From positions 1,680,001-1,712,000 of the forward strand of contig NZ_CP060715.1 in NCBI RefSeq assembly GCF_014396165.1: a stretch of DNA of 32,000 nt. Reading direction: 5' to 3'. This document shows positions 9,293 through 17,830 of this stretch, one piece after another. This DNA comes from Erysipelothrix inopinata. Its GTDB lineage: Bacteria > Bacillota_I > Bacilli_A > Erysipelotrichales > Erysipelotrichaceae. Below the pieces are notes generated by a model that saw only the letters and a program-made list of their open reading frames with translations, was not told where the DNA came from and did not search any database. Made by a program: the position numbers and the translations under genes. Positions within the stretch are counted from its first letter, which is position 1. Each line of letters opens with the position of its first letter.

Positions 9293-10119
9293 AACCCTCT
9301 CACTGACTTAAATGTCTCATCTTTCTCTCGTTGGTAAACAGCATAGTACTCCCCTGCATCAACCAATACCTGATCATGAGGCGTGTTTAATTTAAGCCGT
9401 TTACCGTTTTTTACATAATCTTCCAATTTATCGTTTATGATTTTCGGAAGTGCAATCGAATCTTTGACATTCCATAGCTTTGTATCCGGTTGAATTTCAT
9501 CAATAGAAATAGCATCGTCCAAAGTTAAGTTACCTACCCGAGTACGTTCTAGATAACTCATTGAACCGAGGTTATTTAGCTTCTCAGCGATATCTTCACA
9601 CAGGGTTCGAATATACGTTCCATTTGAGACATGTGCTAAGAATTCTATTGTGTTTTCATCAAATGACAATAACTCTATTTTATAAATTTCAATATCAGTA
9701 TACAACTGTTTTACTTCTTTATTCTCAAATACATAGTCATAGGAACGCTTTCCGTCGACTTTTTTCGCAGATACTTTCGGAACTCTTTGATTTAGAGGAC
9801 CAGTTAGTGATTGAAACACTTCTAAAATTTGTGCTTCAGTGAATGGTTGTACTGGCTTTTCTTCAATAACGTCTCCCCAAATATCTCCAGTCGAAGTTTT
9901 TTGTCCCATCTGACACTTTCCGTGATACACCTTATCTTCAAGACCAAGATAAGGTAAAGCCTTGGTGGCTTGATTCACAGCGATAATAAGTAAGCCTGTT
10001 GCCATTGGATCCAAGGTTCCGGCATGACCCACTTTCGCATTCATGATTCGTCTAACTTTAGCTACAACATCAAATGATGTCATGTCTTGTGGTTTGTTTA
10101 TACATAAAAGTCCCTTCAT
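9286..10119 (-). CDS. truB: tRNA pseudouridine-55 synthase
   Basis: The sequence GLLCINKPQDMTSFDVV...GHAGTLDPMATGLL carries the catalytic Asp of the TruB family. A C-terminal PUA-like region follows. Confidence 0.9.
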   Translation of the reverse strand: MKGLLCINKPQDMTSFDVVAKVRRIMNAKVGHAGTLDPMATGLLIIAVNQATKALPYLGLEDKVYHGKCQMGQKTSTGDIWGDVIEEKPVQPFTEAQILEVFQSLTGPLNQRVPKVSAKKVDGKRSYDYVFENKEVKQLYTDIEIYKIELLSFDENTIEFLAHVSNGTYIRTLCEDIAEKLNNLGSMSYLERTRVGNLTLDDAISIDEIQPDTKLWNVKDSIALPKIINDKLEDYVKNGKRLKLNTPHDQVLVDAGEYYAVYQREKDETFKSVRGLW

Positions 10120-10177
10120 AACGACCTCTTTTCCTTATAAATTATAGCCTTTTTTATTTTATAGTCAAAGATAAACT

Positions 10178-10204
10178 TGACAATTATTCAAGCAGTGCTA
10201 TCAT
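10178..10204 (+). promoter_or_regulatory. Candidate sigma-A promoter for the riboswitch-ABC operon
   Basis: TTGACA lies at 10178-10183 and an extended -10 TGcTATCAT ends at 10204. The spacer is only about 15 nt, which is suboptimal. Confidence 0.4.
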
Positions 10205-10224
10205 GAATACGAAAAGATAAATAT

Positions 10225-10359
10225 TAGAGGTAGCGGTGCAGATGAGTACTTACTGGAGTCGACAGACTGTGAAAGTAAGAAAAGGCAATCACCGCCGAAT
10301 AGATTGTTTTGGTAAAAACAATCTATGGGGTTATGAGGAATACTTATAACACTCCTTTG
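10225..10359 (+). promoter_or_regulatory. Lysine (L-box) riboswitch aptamer, candidate
   Basis: L-box signature blocks occur in the canonical order: AGAGGtaGCG, GATGAGTA, GGAG, GTGAAAG, CGCCGAA. These are followed by a perfect 11-bp hairpin (10300-10325), TGGGG, a hairpin with a GAATA loop (10330-10350) and CACU. The closing P1 strand CCTTTG pairs with TAGAGG. The element sits in the 5' leader of an amino-acid ABC importer. Confidence 0.65.
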
Positions 10360-10390
10360 TTAAGCAAAGCGGCGCTAGAATTCTCCCAAT

Positions 10391-10417
10391 AAGGGCCTTC
10401 TAGTGAGGTCCTTTTTT
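10391..10417 (+). terminator. Intrinsic terminator / expression platform of the lysine riboswitch
   Basis: AAGGGCC ttctagtga GGTCCTT is followed by TTTT, just before the RBS AAGGAG (10424-10429). An upstream CTAGAA (10375-10380) can pair with TTCTAG in the terminator loop as an alternative structure. Confidence 0.6.
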
Positions 10418-10434
10418 ATCTTTAAGGAGCAAGT

Positions 10435-12036
10435 ATGAAAAAAATATTAATAGTATTAGCCTCACTTTTACTACTTACAGCCTGTTCTCAAACAAGTCCT
10501 AAAGAGAATACTTTAAAAGTGGGTATGGAGTGTAATTACGCACCTTTTAACTGGACTCAGAAAAATGATTCACCTGAGGCTGTCGCATTACCAAACAACC
10601 AGGGATACTGTGATGGTTATGATGTTCAAGTCGCTAAACATATCGCAAAAGATCTTGATATGAACCTTGTAATCAAAGACTATCCTGTATTTAAAGGATT
10701 GCTCGAAGGGGCAAAAGTTGGTGATATCGACTTAATTATTGCAGGAATGACGAATACAGAAGAACGTCGTCAAGAAGTTGACTTCACAGATATCTATTAC
10801 AAGAGTGATATGGTTCTGGTTGTTAAAAACGACAGTACTTATGCTAATGCAACATCCATTAATGATTTCAAGGGAGCCCATGTTTCAGCTCAAATTGGAA
10901 CAATGCATGATCAGCTAATTGATCAAATCCCTGATGTCAATCATGGAGTTCCACTTGAATCTTTCCCTTCGTTGGCAACAGCTTTAAAATCAAATGCGAT
11001 TGATGCCTTCGTATCGGAAAAACCGGTTGCTCAATCAATTATCAGTAGCAATCCTAAACTCAAATATGTTGAATTCGCAGAAAACCAAGGATTTACTGTC
11101 GCGGATGAAGAAGTAACGGTATCTATTGGTCTTGCAAAAGGCAACGATAAACTTAAAGAAGCAGTGAATCAATCATTATCTTCATTAAGTAAAGAAGATC
11201 GCGATAAACTCATGTTGGAAGCCATTGAACGCCAGCCAACATCAGAAGAAAATGAATCTGCACAAATGCCGGCTGGATTCATTGCAGGAACATTATTTTT
11301 ACTACAACATTACGGTTCACAATTTCTTAAAGGTGTTTGGGTAACGCTTCTTATTGCTTTATTAGGTACAGCATTTGGATTGTTTATTGGTCTTGTAATT
11401 GCAGGCTTACGACAAATTAAAATACATCCTCGAGACCGTGCAATGAAACGTGTCTTAAAACGTATTAATTCAGCAATTACAACTGCCTATGTTCAATACT
11501 TACGGGGAACTCCAATGATGGTACAAGGTATCTTAATCTATTACGGACTTAGAGGTATGGATGTAGCCATATCCCCTACTGTTGCTGCGGTAATCATTAT
11601 TTCAATCAATACTTCCGCGTATATGTCAGAAATACTTCGTGCGGGTATCCAAGCCATTGATTCAGGTCAAAATGAAGCAGCACGATCTTTGGGACTCAGT
11701 GAATTCCAAACGATGTGTTATGTAATCCTTCCACAAGCAATCAGAAATGCCCTACCTGCAATTGGTAATGAATTCGTCGTAAATATTAAAGATTCCTCAG
11801 TATTAAATGTAATCACCGTTACAGAACTATTCTATCAAGGTAATAAACTGACAGGTATCTACTACCGTCAAATGGAGCCATTCTTCATTGTTTCCTTAAT
11901 TTATCTATTCCTTACAATTGTTTCAACACAAGTACTTAATATGATAGAAAAGAAAATGGATGCTCCTAAAGGGAACTATCCAAAATCAGTAACTCACACT
12001 GTACATTATGACAGTTTGAAAGGAGATCAAAAATGA
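10435..12036 (+). CDS. Amino-acid ABC transporter, fused lipoprotein substrate-binding domain + permease domain
   Basis: It has a lipobox signal peptide ([17 protein letters not shown]). A family-3 binding-protein domain follows ([26 protein letters not shown]). The C-terminal polar-amino-acid permease domain carries the EAA loop ([23 protein letters not shown]). It overlaps the ATPase gene. Confidence 0.85.
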   Translation: MKKILIVLASLLLLTACSQTSPKENTLKVGMECNYAPFNWTQKNDSPEAVALPNNQGYCDGYDVQVAKHIAKDLDMNLVIKDYPVFKGLLEGAKVGDIDLIIAGMTNTEERRQEVDFTDIYYKSDMVLVVKNDSTYANATSINDFKGAHVSAQIGTMHDQLIDQIPDVNHGVPLESFPSLATALKSNAIDAFVSEKPVAQSIISSNPKLKYVEFAENQGFTVADEEVTVSIGLAKGNDKLKEAVNQSLSSLSKEDRDKLMLEAIERQPTSEENESAQMPAGFIAGTLFLLQHYGSQFLKGVWVTLLIALLGTAFGLFIGLVIAGLRQIKIHPRDRAMKRVLKRINSAITTAYVQYLRGTPMMVQGILIYYGLRGMDVAISPTVAAVIIISINTSAYMSEILRAGIQAIDSGQNEAARSLGLSEFQTMCYVILPQAIRNALPAIGNEFVVNIKDSSVLNVITVTELFYQGNKLTGIYYRQMEPFFIVSLIYLFLTIVSTQVLNMIEKKMDAPKGNYPKSVTHTVHYDSLKGDQK

Positions 12037-12773
12037 CATTCCTAAAAATTGAACACTTAAGCAAATCTTTCGATGATTTAGAAGTCTTAAAAGATATTAA
12101 TCTCAATATTGAAGAAGGAGAAGTCGTATCTTGTATCGGATCCAGTGGATCGGGAAAGTCCACCCTTCTTCGTTGCATCAACCTTCTTGAAGAATTTGAC
12201 GAAGGAAAAATTTTCTTTGAAGGAAAAGATATTTCGGATATCAATATGGATATCAATGAATATCGCTCTCAAGTCGGTATCATCTTTCAATCTTTCAATC
12301 TTTTTAATAATCTTACCGTCTTAGAGAACTGCACTCTGGCACCAATCAAAGTCTTGAAAATGAATCCAGATGAAGTTAAGAATAATGCCATGGCCAACCT
12401 TGAACGAGTTGGAATGGCAGACTTTGCAAATGCAAATGTTAAAAAGCTATCAGGCGGTCAAAAACAACGTGTTGCGATTGCGAGAGCACTCACGATGAAA
12501 CCTAAATTCTTATTACTAGATGAACCAACATCGGCATTAGACCCCGAAATGGTGGGCGATGTCTTGGACGTTATCGAAAGTCTTGCTAAAGAAGGCTATA
12601 CGATGTTTGTTGTTACACACGAAATGTTATTTGCAAAACAAATTAGTACTCGAATTCTATTTATGGATAAAGGAATCATTTTGGAAGAAGGAACTCCTGA
12701 TGAAATATTCAACCATCCGAAAGAAGAAAGAACAAAGCAATTCCTTGCACGATTCCACAATCAAAACGACTAA
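12033..12773 (+). CDS. Amino-acid ABC transporter ATP-binding protein (GlnQ/ArtP-like)
   Basis: Walker [11 protein letters not shown]-loop, signature [15 protein letters not shown], Walker [12 protein letters not shown] and H-loop VTHEM are all present. Confidence 0.9.
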   Translation: MTFLKIEHLSKSFDDLEVLKDINLNIEEGEVVSCIGSSGSGKSTLLRCINLLEEFDEGKIFFEGKDISDINMDINEYRSQVGIIFQSFNLFNNLTVLENCTLAPIKVLKMNPDEVKNNAMANLERVGMADFANANVKKLSGGQKQRVAIARALTMKPKFLLLDEPTSALDPEMVGDVLDVIESLAKEGYTMFVVTHEMLFAKQISTRILFMDKGIILEEGTPDEIFNHPKEERTKQFLARFHNQND

Positions 12774-12794
12774 AAAAAAGGCGGTCATATAATT

Positions 12795-12835
12795 TGAACT
12801 GCTCCCTGTCAAGTAGACAGGTGAAATAAATAAAA
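12795..12835. repeat. IS3-family terminal inverted repeat (end distal to orfA)
   Basis: TGAACTGCTCCCTGTCAAGTAGACAGGTGAAATAAATAAAA matches the reverse complement of 14572-14612 at about three quarters of positions. Confidence 0.75.
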
Positions 12836-12876
12836 TACCCAAGATGATTTATCGCTTTACGATGAATCATCTTTTC

Positions 12877-13782
12877 TTATGCTACAGTCGCCTGCATTTG
12901 CTTTTCTCTAATGTTTGACCAATAAGCTTCAATTTTCTTGTTGGTTGGAATTGAATAACTTATAGGTGTCTCTGATCCTAATGCTTCAGTTCGAACCATC
13001 ATTGGTGTTTTGTTTTTAAATCGTTTTTGAAGTCTCTTGTTGTTATAAAAATCAATATACACATCAATTGCTTTCTTTAACTCGCTTTTAGTATTGAATT
13101 CATTAGGATAGTACATTTCTGATTTGATAGTTCCCCAGAATCCTTCCATAGGACCATTATCAATACAGTGTCCCACTCTAGACATACTTTGTATCATTCC
13201 TTGATCTTCTAGCTGTTTTCTAAATACCCTACTTGTATATTGGAATCCTCGGTCACTGTGAAATAAAGGTTTTGCCTCTGGATATCTCGTGATAGCTTTA
13301 TGATAAGTATCAAACACAAGTTGATTATTGTTACGATCACTTATGTGGTACGCCACAATACTCAAATCATAAAGATCAATAATCGCACTGAGATACAGCT
13401 TCTTACCTGAACCTTTAATCTTAAATTCTGTGACATCTGTCAACCATTTTTCATTTGGTTTAGAGGCAAAGAAGTTACGATTTAAAATATTTTCAGCTGT
13501 GATTTCAGGAGTGCTTCGTGAATACTTTTTAGACTTTTGCCGAATCACTGATTTCACACCCAGCTTCTTCATGAGTCTTCGAATTCTCTTTGGATTGTAC
13601 TGAACTCTATTAAACTCATTAATCCAATCTGTCATTCGTCGATAGCCTAAGATATGTCCAAACATTTCATCATAATCAAGAATGAGATTACAAAGCTCAT
13701 GATTCTCAATTTCATTGCTTGTTTCAACACGGTGCGTCCATTTATAATAACTACTTCTTGCGATTTTAAGTACTTTACACAT
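12877..13782 (-). CDS. IS3-family transposase OrfB (DDE integrase core), expressed as an OrfAB fusion
   Basis: The rve-type DDE core is present (WLTDVTEF, HSDRGFQYTS, DNGPMEGFWGTIKSE, YNNKRLQ). The reading frame is open upstream of the first Met back to the slippery site, in the -1 frame relative to orfA. Confidence 0.85.
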   Translation of the reverse strand: MCKVLKIARSSYYKWTHRVETSNEIENHELCNLILDYDEMFGHILGYRRMTDWINEFNRVQYNPKRIRRLMKKLGVKSVIRQKSKKYSRSTPEITAENILNRNFFASKPNEKWLTDVTEFKIKGSGKKLYLSAIIDLYDLSIVAYHISDRNNNQLVFDTYHKAITRYPEAKPLFHSDRGFQYTSRVFRKQLEDQGMIQSMSRVGHCIDNGPMEGFWGTIKSEMYYPNEFNTKSELKKAIDVYIDFYNNKRLQKRFKNKTPMMVRTEALGSETPISYSIPTNKKIEAYWSNIREKQMQATVA

Positions 13783-13835
13783 CCATTGAATACTCCAACC
13801 ATGTTTATGATGAAGTTCTTGGACTGCGAGATACT

Positions 13836-14540
13836 TTACTTCTTGTTTTGCTTTGGAGAATATCGCCGCCCTTCTATTTCCTTCACTTTTTTTAATAGAA
13901 TATTCTCACGTTCTTTCAGTTCAAGTTCTCTTTCGAGTTGTTTGATTTTACGTTCTAAACGTTCTTCATTACTGAGTTGATCTTCTTGTTTTCGTTTGCC
14001 ACGTTTATCAAGAAGCCCTTCATATCCTATCTCGTTATATTTTTGAACCCACTGGTAAACTTGAGCATAGGAAAGCCCGTAGAGTTCGGCTGTTCCCTTA
14101 TAATCGTAGTCATGTTCAATACAATGTGCGACAATTTCTTGACGTTCTTCAATCGTTGTTTTTCTACCTTTTGTCATATAGACTTCTCCTTTAGGATCGT
14201 AATCCTTTATGGTTTCAAGTCTATTATACTTGTTTATCCATCCACGCAAAACCTCATCGGAACTTATATCGTATTTGATAATAATATCTGCGAGAGAACC
14301 TAGTCCTTCAAGGTAATCTTGAATAGCAGATTCCTTAAGTTCTTTCGAATAACTTTTATTTCGAGGTTTATATGAGAATGCTTCAACACCGACGATTTGG
14401 TATTTTTTCACCCATCTACGCAATGTCCCAGGATTAATCGATAATTCTTGGGATATTTCCATTGCACCTTTTATGCCGTTCAAATATTCTTTAACTACTT
14501 GTTCTTTTATTTCCGCTGGATATTTATTCTTTCTACCCAT
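13836..14540 (-). CDS. IS3-family transposase OrfA (two HTH domains plus leucine-zipper-like C-terminus)
   Basis: Two HTH segments are present (ISQELSINPGTLRRWVKKY and TAELYGLSYAQVYQWVQKY). A coiled-coil follows (LERKIKQLERELELKERENILLKK), as is typical of IS3/IS150-group OrfA. Confidence 0.85.
   Translation of the reverse strand: MGRKNKYPAEIKEQVVKEYLNGIKGAMEISQELSINPGTLRRWVKKYQIVGVEAFSYKPRNKSYSKELKESAIQDYLEGLGSLADIIIKYDISSDEVLRGWINKYNRLETIKDYDPKGEVYMTKGRKTTIEERQEIVAHCIEHDYDYKGTAELYGLSYAQVYQWVQKYNEIGYEGLLDKRGKRKQEDQLSNEERLERKIKQLERELELKERENILLKKVKEIEGRRYSPKQNKK
13887..13893 (-). other. Programmed -1 ribosomal frameshift site A AAA AAA (followed by G)
   Basis: The minus-strand sequence TTA AAA AAA GTG is in the orfA zero frame. 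Slipping -1 gives KKSEGNRRAAIFSKAKQEVKYLAVQELHHKHGWSIQWMCKVL, which runs into OrfB without a stop. Confidence 0.7.
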
Positions 14541-14571
14541 AGAAAAAGCTCCTCCTTTTTGTAGTACCCGT

Positions 14572-14612
14572 TTTTATTTATTTCGGGTGTCTACTTTAAG
14601 GGGAGCTTATCA
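14572..14612. repeat. IS3-family terminal inverted repeat (orfA-proximal end)
   Basis: Its reverse complement TGATAAGCTCCCCTTAAAGTAGACACCCGAAATAAATAAAA pairs with 12795-12835. Confidence 0.75.
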
Positions 14613-14624
14613 ATTGATCGCCTT

Positions 14625-14918
14625 TTATAATGTCTGATAAACAGTTTGTGTATCTCTCAGTTGCATTTGTAGTCTTGAGATTTCATCTTTTAAAGCATTT
14701 CTACCATCTCGAGTTATAGAGTAGTATCTTTGATTATTATCAGAGGGTAATTCCTTAATCATACCACTCTTAAGAAACTTCCCTGTAATGCCATATAACG
14801 TTCCAGGTGGCAAACTAATTCTCTCATTCGTTAACTCTTGAACATAACTTGCAATTTCAGACCCACATCGAGCCTTCTCTAGTAATGATAAAAGGACATA
14901 AAACATCGGTTCGCTCAT
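14625..14918 (-). CDS. PadR-family transcriptional regulator (short, single-domain)
   Basis: 97 aa. The winged-helix pattern FYVLLSLLEKARCGSEIASYV...LPPGTLYGITGKFLKSGMI...RYYSITRDGRNAL is characteristic of PadR. Confidence 0.8.
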   Translation of the reverse strand: MSEPMFYVLLSLLEKARCGSEIASYVQELTNERISLPPGTLYGITGKFLKSGMIKELPSDNNQRYYSITRDGRNALKDEISRLQMQLRDTQTVYQTL

Positions 14919-15000
14919 AATTTCTCCTATCGTGTTGCGACATCGCTTTCCGATATTATATCATATATACACTCCTAATGCTATATTCCCTCGACTCATC

Positions 15001-15042
15001 TTAAATATAAAAATAAGCGGAATCGTAACGATTCCGCTTATT
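15001..15042 (-). terminator. Rho-independent terminator after rbfA
   Basis: A perfect 14-bp stem AATAAGCGGAATCG / CGATTCCGCTTATT (15012-15025 / 15029-15042) with loop TAA. On the minus strand it is followed by TTTATATTT. Confidence 0.85.
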
Positions 15043-15045
15043 CTA

Positions 15046-15387
15046 TTACTTTTTATTGTTTAATTCTTCGAGAATTGAATCAATATGTGATCCATATTCT
15101 GCAGATTCATCAAGTTTAAAGATGAGTTCTGGAGTTCTTCGAGTTGATAGAGCTTTACTTACATCTGTACGTAATAACCCTTTTGCTTTCTCTAAAGCTT
15201 CCATACCAGGAACTTTATCCTTTTCATCAAAGAAGCTGATGAAAATTGTTGCGAATGAGAAATCGTTCGTTACTTCCACATCAGTAATTGTTGCGAAAGA
15301 TAGTGATTTGTCATTTAATTTATTTTGAATTGAACTTGCAATTTCTCGCTTAATAATTGATTCAATACGTTCTTTTTTAACTGTCAT
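15046..15387 (-). CDS. rbfA: Ribosome-binding factor A
   Basis: 113 aa. The sequence RIESIIKREIASSIQ...TITDVEVTNDFSFATIFIS...RTPELIFKLDES is the RbfA pattern. It lies directly after infB. Confidence 0.9.
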   Translation of the reverse strand: MTVKKERIESIIKREIASSIQNKLNDKSLSFATITDVEVTNDFSFATIFISFFDEKDKVPGMEALEKAKGLLRTDVSKALSTRRTPELIFKLDESAEYGSHIDSILEELNNKK

Positions 15388-15393
15388 AATAAA

Positions 15394-17250
15394 TTACTCC
15401 TGTTCTACTTGGATTTCTCCGTGTGATTCGATAACATCGCCCTCTTTAATATCATTAAAGTTTTCAATTGTAATACCACATTCATATCCTTGAGCAACTT
15501 CTTTAGCATCGTTTTGGAAACGTTTAAGTGATCCCAACATTCCTTCATAGATTACAACACCATCACGCATCAAGCGAACTGATGAATCTTTAACGATTTT
15601 ACCGTCTGTAACCATACATCCAGCAATTGTTCCCACTTTGGATACTTTATAAATTTCACGAACTTCAGCTTGACCATGGATAACTTCTTCAAATACTGGA
15701 GCAAGCATCCCTTTCATAGCTGCTTCCATTGCTTCGATTGCCTTATAGATAATGTTGTAAAGGCGGATTTCAATACCTTCTTCTTCAGCTTTCTTACGAA
15801 TTGCTGCAGTCGGTCTGATATTGAAACCAATAATGATAGCATTGGATGCAGAAGCAAGCATAATATCATTTTCAGTAATTCCACCCACTGTGGCACGAAT
15901 TACTTTAACACTAACTTCTTTACCGTCTCCAACTTCAATACGTTCTAGAGCAGCCTTAACTGCCTCTGCAGAACCTTGTACGTCAGCTTTTAGGATGACG
16001 TTGATATCTTGGATATCACCATCAGCGATTTGTTGTGATAAATCATCAAGACTTAATGCACTTGATTGATTACGATCATGTTCAACACGAACAACATTAC
16101 GTTTTGCAGCAACTGCACGAGATTTCTTTTCATCATCAAATGCTTTGAAGAGATCTCCAGCGATTGGAACTTCGCTAAGTCCGATAATTTCAACTGGCAT
16201 TGAAGGAAGTGCTTCATTTAACTCACGATTTCTGTTGTCAACCATCTTACGGACACGTCCGTATGTCGTACCAACAACAATTGGATCACCTTGACGAAGT
16301 GTTCCCTTTTGAACAAGTAATGTTGCAACAGGGCCACGGCTCTTATCAAGTTTTGCTTCAATAACGGTACCAAATGCTAAACGGTTTGGATTAGCTTTCA
16401 ATTCTTCAAGTTCAGCACTTACAAGTACTGTCTCAAGGAGTTGATCAATTCCTTCTCCAGTTTTAGCTGAAATCTTAACAAATACTGTATCGCCACCCCA
16501 TTCTTCAGGCATAACACCTAAATCTGAGAATTCTGAGTAGACACGATCAATGTTTGTATCTGGTTTGTCAATTTTGTTAATTGCAACGATGAGTGGAACA
16601 CCAGCTGCTTTAGCATGGTCAACCGCTTCGCGAGTTTGAGGCATAACCCCATCATCCGCAGCAACAACAACGATAACAATATCAGTAACACTTGCTCCAC
16701 GAGCACGCATTGCTGTAAAAGCCTCGTGACCTGGAGTATCTAAGAATGTAATTTTTTTACCTTTATGTGTGATTTGGTAAGCACCAATATGCTGTGTAAT
16801 ACCACCAAATTCACCTTCTACAACAGCACTGTTACGGATTGTATCAAGTGTTGTTGTTTTACCATGGTCAACATGACCCATGATTGTAACGATTGCAGGT
16901 CTTTCTACAAGATCTGCAGGATCATCTTCGATTGAATCTTCTAACGTTAATTCGTCAACAGGTTCAACCTTCGTAGCTTCAACATTGTATTCCATACAAA
17001 TAAGTTGAACTGTATCATCATCAAGTGATGTATTGATGGTTACCATAGTACCCATCATAAAGAGAAGCTTAATAACATCTGCGGGACTTTTATTGATAAG
17101 TTCTGATAAATCTTTAACAGTAATTCCTTCTGTATATTCAATATCAGTAACTACAATATCTTTCGGTTTAAAAGTCTCTTGAGTTGGTCGCTTACCTCGT
17201 TGATTGTTATTGTTTCTCTTCTTTGTATTTGGTCTCTTTTTATTCGTCAC
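15394..17250 (-). CDS. infB: Translation initiation factor IF-2 (short N-terminal region)
   Basis: The GTPase motifs [17 protein letters not shown] and NKID are present, together with the C-terminal IF2 domains. The GTG start lies 8 nt after AGAGGTGG. Confidence 0.95.
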   Translation of the reverse strand: MTNKKRPNTKKRNNNNQRGKRPTQETFKPKDIVVTDIEYTEGITVKDLSELINKSPADVIKLLFMMGTMVTINTSLDDDTVQLICMEYNVEATKVEPVDELTLEDSIEDDPADLVERPAIVTIMGHVDHGKTTTLDTIRNSAVVEGEFGGITQHIGAYQITHKGKKITFLDTPGHEAFTAMRARGASVTDIVIVVVAADDGVMPQTREAVDHAKAAGVPLIVAINKIDKPDTNIDRVYSEFSDLGVMPEEWGGDTVFVKISAKTGEGIDQLLETVLVSAELEELKANPNRLAFGTVIEAKLDKSRGPVATLLVQKGTLRQGDPIVVGTTYGRVRKMVDNRNRELNEALPSMPVEIIGLSEVPIAGDLFKAFDDEKKSRAVAAKRNVVRVEHDRNQSSALSLDDLSQQIADGDIQDINVILKADVQGSAEAVKAALERIEVGDGKEVSVKVIRATVGGITENDIMLASASNAIIIGFNIRPTAAIRKKAEEEGIEIRLYNIIYKAIEAMEAAMKGMLAPVFEEVIHGQAEVREIYKVSKVGTIAGCMVTDGKIVKDSSVRLMRDGVVIYEGMLGSLKRFQNDAKEVAQGYECGITIENFNDIKEGDVIESHGEIQVEQE

Positions 17251-17569
17251 TATCTACGCCACCTCTTTCTGTATGAGCTTTTTTAACCAGGTTGCCCAAT
17301 CCTGTATCACTAACCCCTACGGCAACACGATTCATTGTCCCAATCGCTTGAGAAAGTTCATCACGTTTAAGGCCAGTTACTACTGTTATCTTGTAGAAAG
17401 CACATTTATCAAGAATTTGCTTACGTGTGCGATCCGATGCATCATCTGCAACAACGACAACAGTTACATTTCTTTTTTGAATTGCTGGAATGAGTTCATC
17501 ACCATGTACAAGTTTCCCTGCACGTTTACACAAACCTAAACTGTTAAGTAGTTTTGTGTTATTGGACAT
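17240..17569 (-). CDS. ylxQ: L7Ae-family RNA-binding protein YlxQ
   Basis: The sequence [15 protein letters not shown]...[20 protein letters not shown] is the L7Ae/YlxQ pattern. It holds the conserved position between ylxR and infB. Confidence 0.8.
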   Translation of the reverse strand: MSNNTKLLNSLGLCKRAGKLVHGDELIPAIQKRNVTVVVVADDASDRTRKQILDKCAFYKITVVTGLKRDELSQAIGTMNRVAVGVSDTGLGNLVKKAHTERGGVDSDE

Positions 17570-17813
17570 AATTCATCAGCTCCTCAAATATTTCGTCATC
17601 AATCTTAGTTTTTAATGCTCGATCTAATGCACGATTCTTTTTCGCTAGTTCTACAGCTTCAATTGTTTTAGAAAGATAAGCTCCACGCCCATTCTTTCTT
17701 CCTGATTCATCAATTTCTACTGTACCCTCTGGTGTCATTACAACTCTTAACAATTCATTTTTAGGAAATTGTTCCTGAGTTACAACGCATTTTCGCATTG
17801 GTATTTTACGCAT
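17559..17813 (-). CDS. ylxR: YlxR-family (DUF448) RNA-binding protein
   Basis: The sequence PMRKCVVTQEQFPKNELLRVV...GRGAYL is the YlxR signature. It lies immediately downstream of nusA. Confidence 0.85.
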   Translation of the reverse strand: MRKIPMRKCVVTQEQFPKNELLRVVMTPEGTVEIDESGRKNGRGAYLSKTIEAVELAKKNRALDRALKTKIDDEIFEELMNYVQ

Positions 17814-17830
17814 TATCCACCTCCTATTTA

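Larger units (their letters stand above)
12795..14612 (-). mobile_element. Intact IS3-family insertion sequence (orfA/orfB with -1 frameshift), flanked by a 3-bp ATT duplication
   Basis: The ends are TGAACTGCTCCC...(12795) and ...GGGAGCTTATCA (14612). They form imperfect terminal inverted repeats of about 41 bp, TG...CA type. ATT occurs at 12792-12794 and at 14613-14615. Two overlapping transposase ORFs lie in the 0/-1 frames. Confidence 0.85.

Noticed and set aside
10215-10417. Possible T-box leader upstream of the amino-acid ABC transporter.
   Set aside because: There is no T-box consensus (no AATTAGGGTGGTACCGCG-like block) and no specifier-loop architecture. The ordered blocks fit the lysine riboswitch instead.
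13654-14303. Two 108-aa plus-strand ORFs inside the IS element.
   Set aside because: They are antisense to the orfA/orfB transposase frames, which have clear HTH and DDE motifs. They show no RBS or recognisable motifs.
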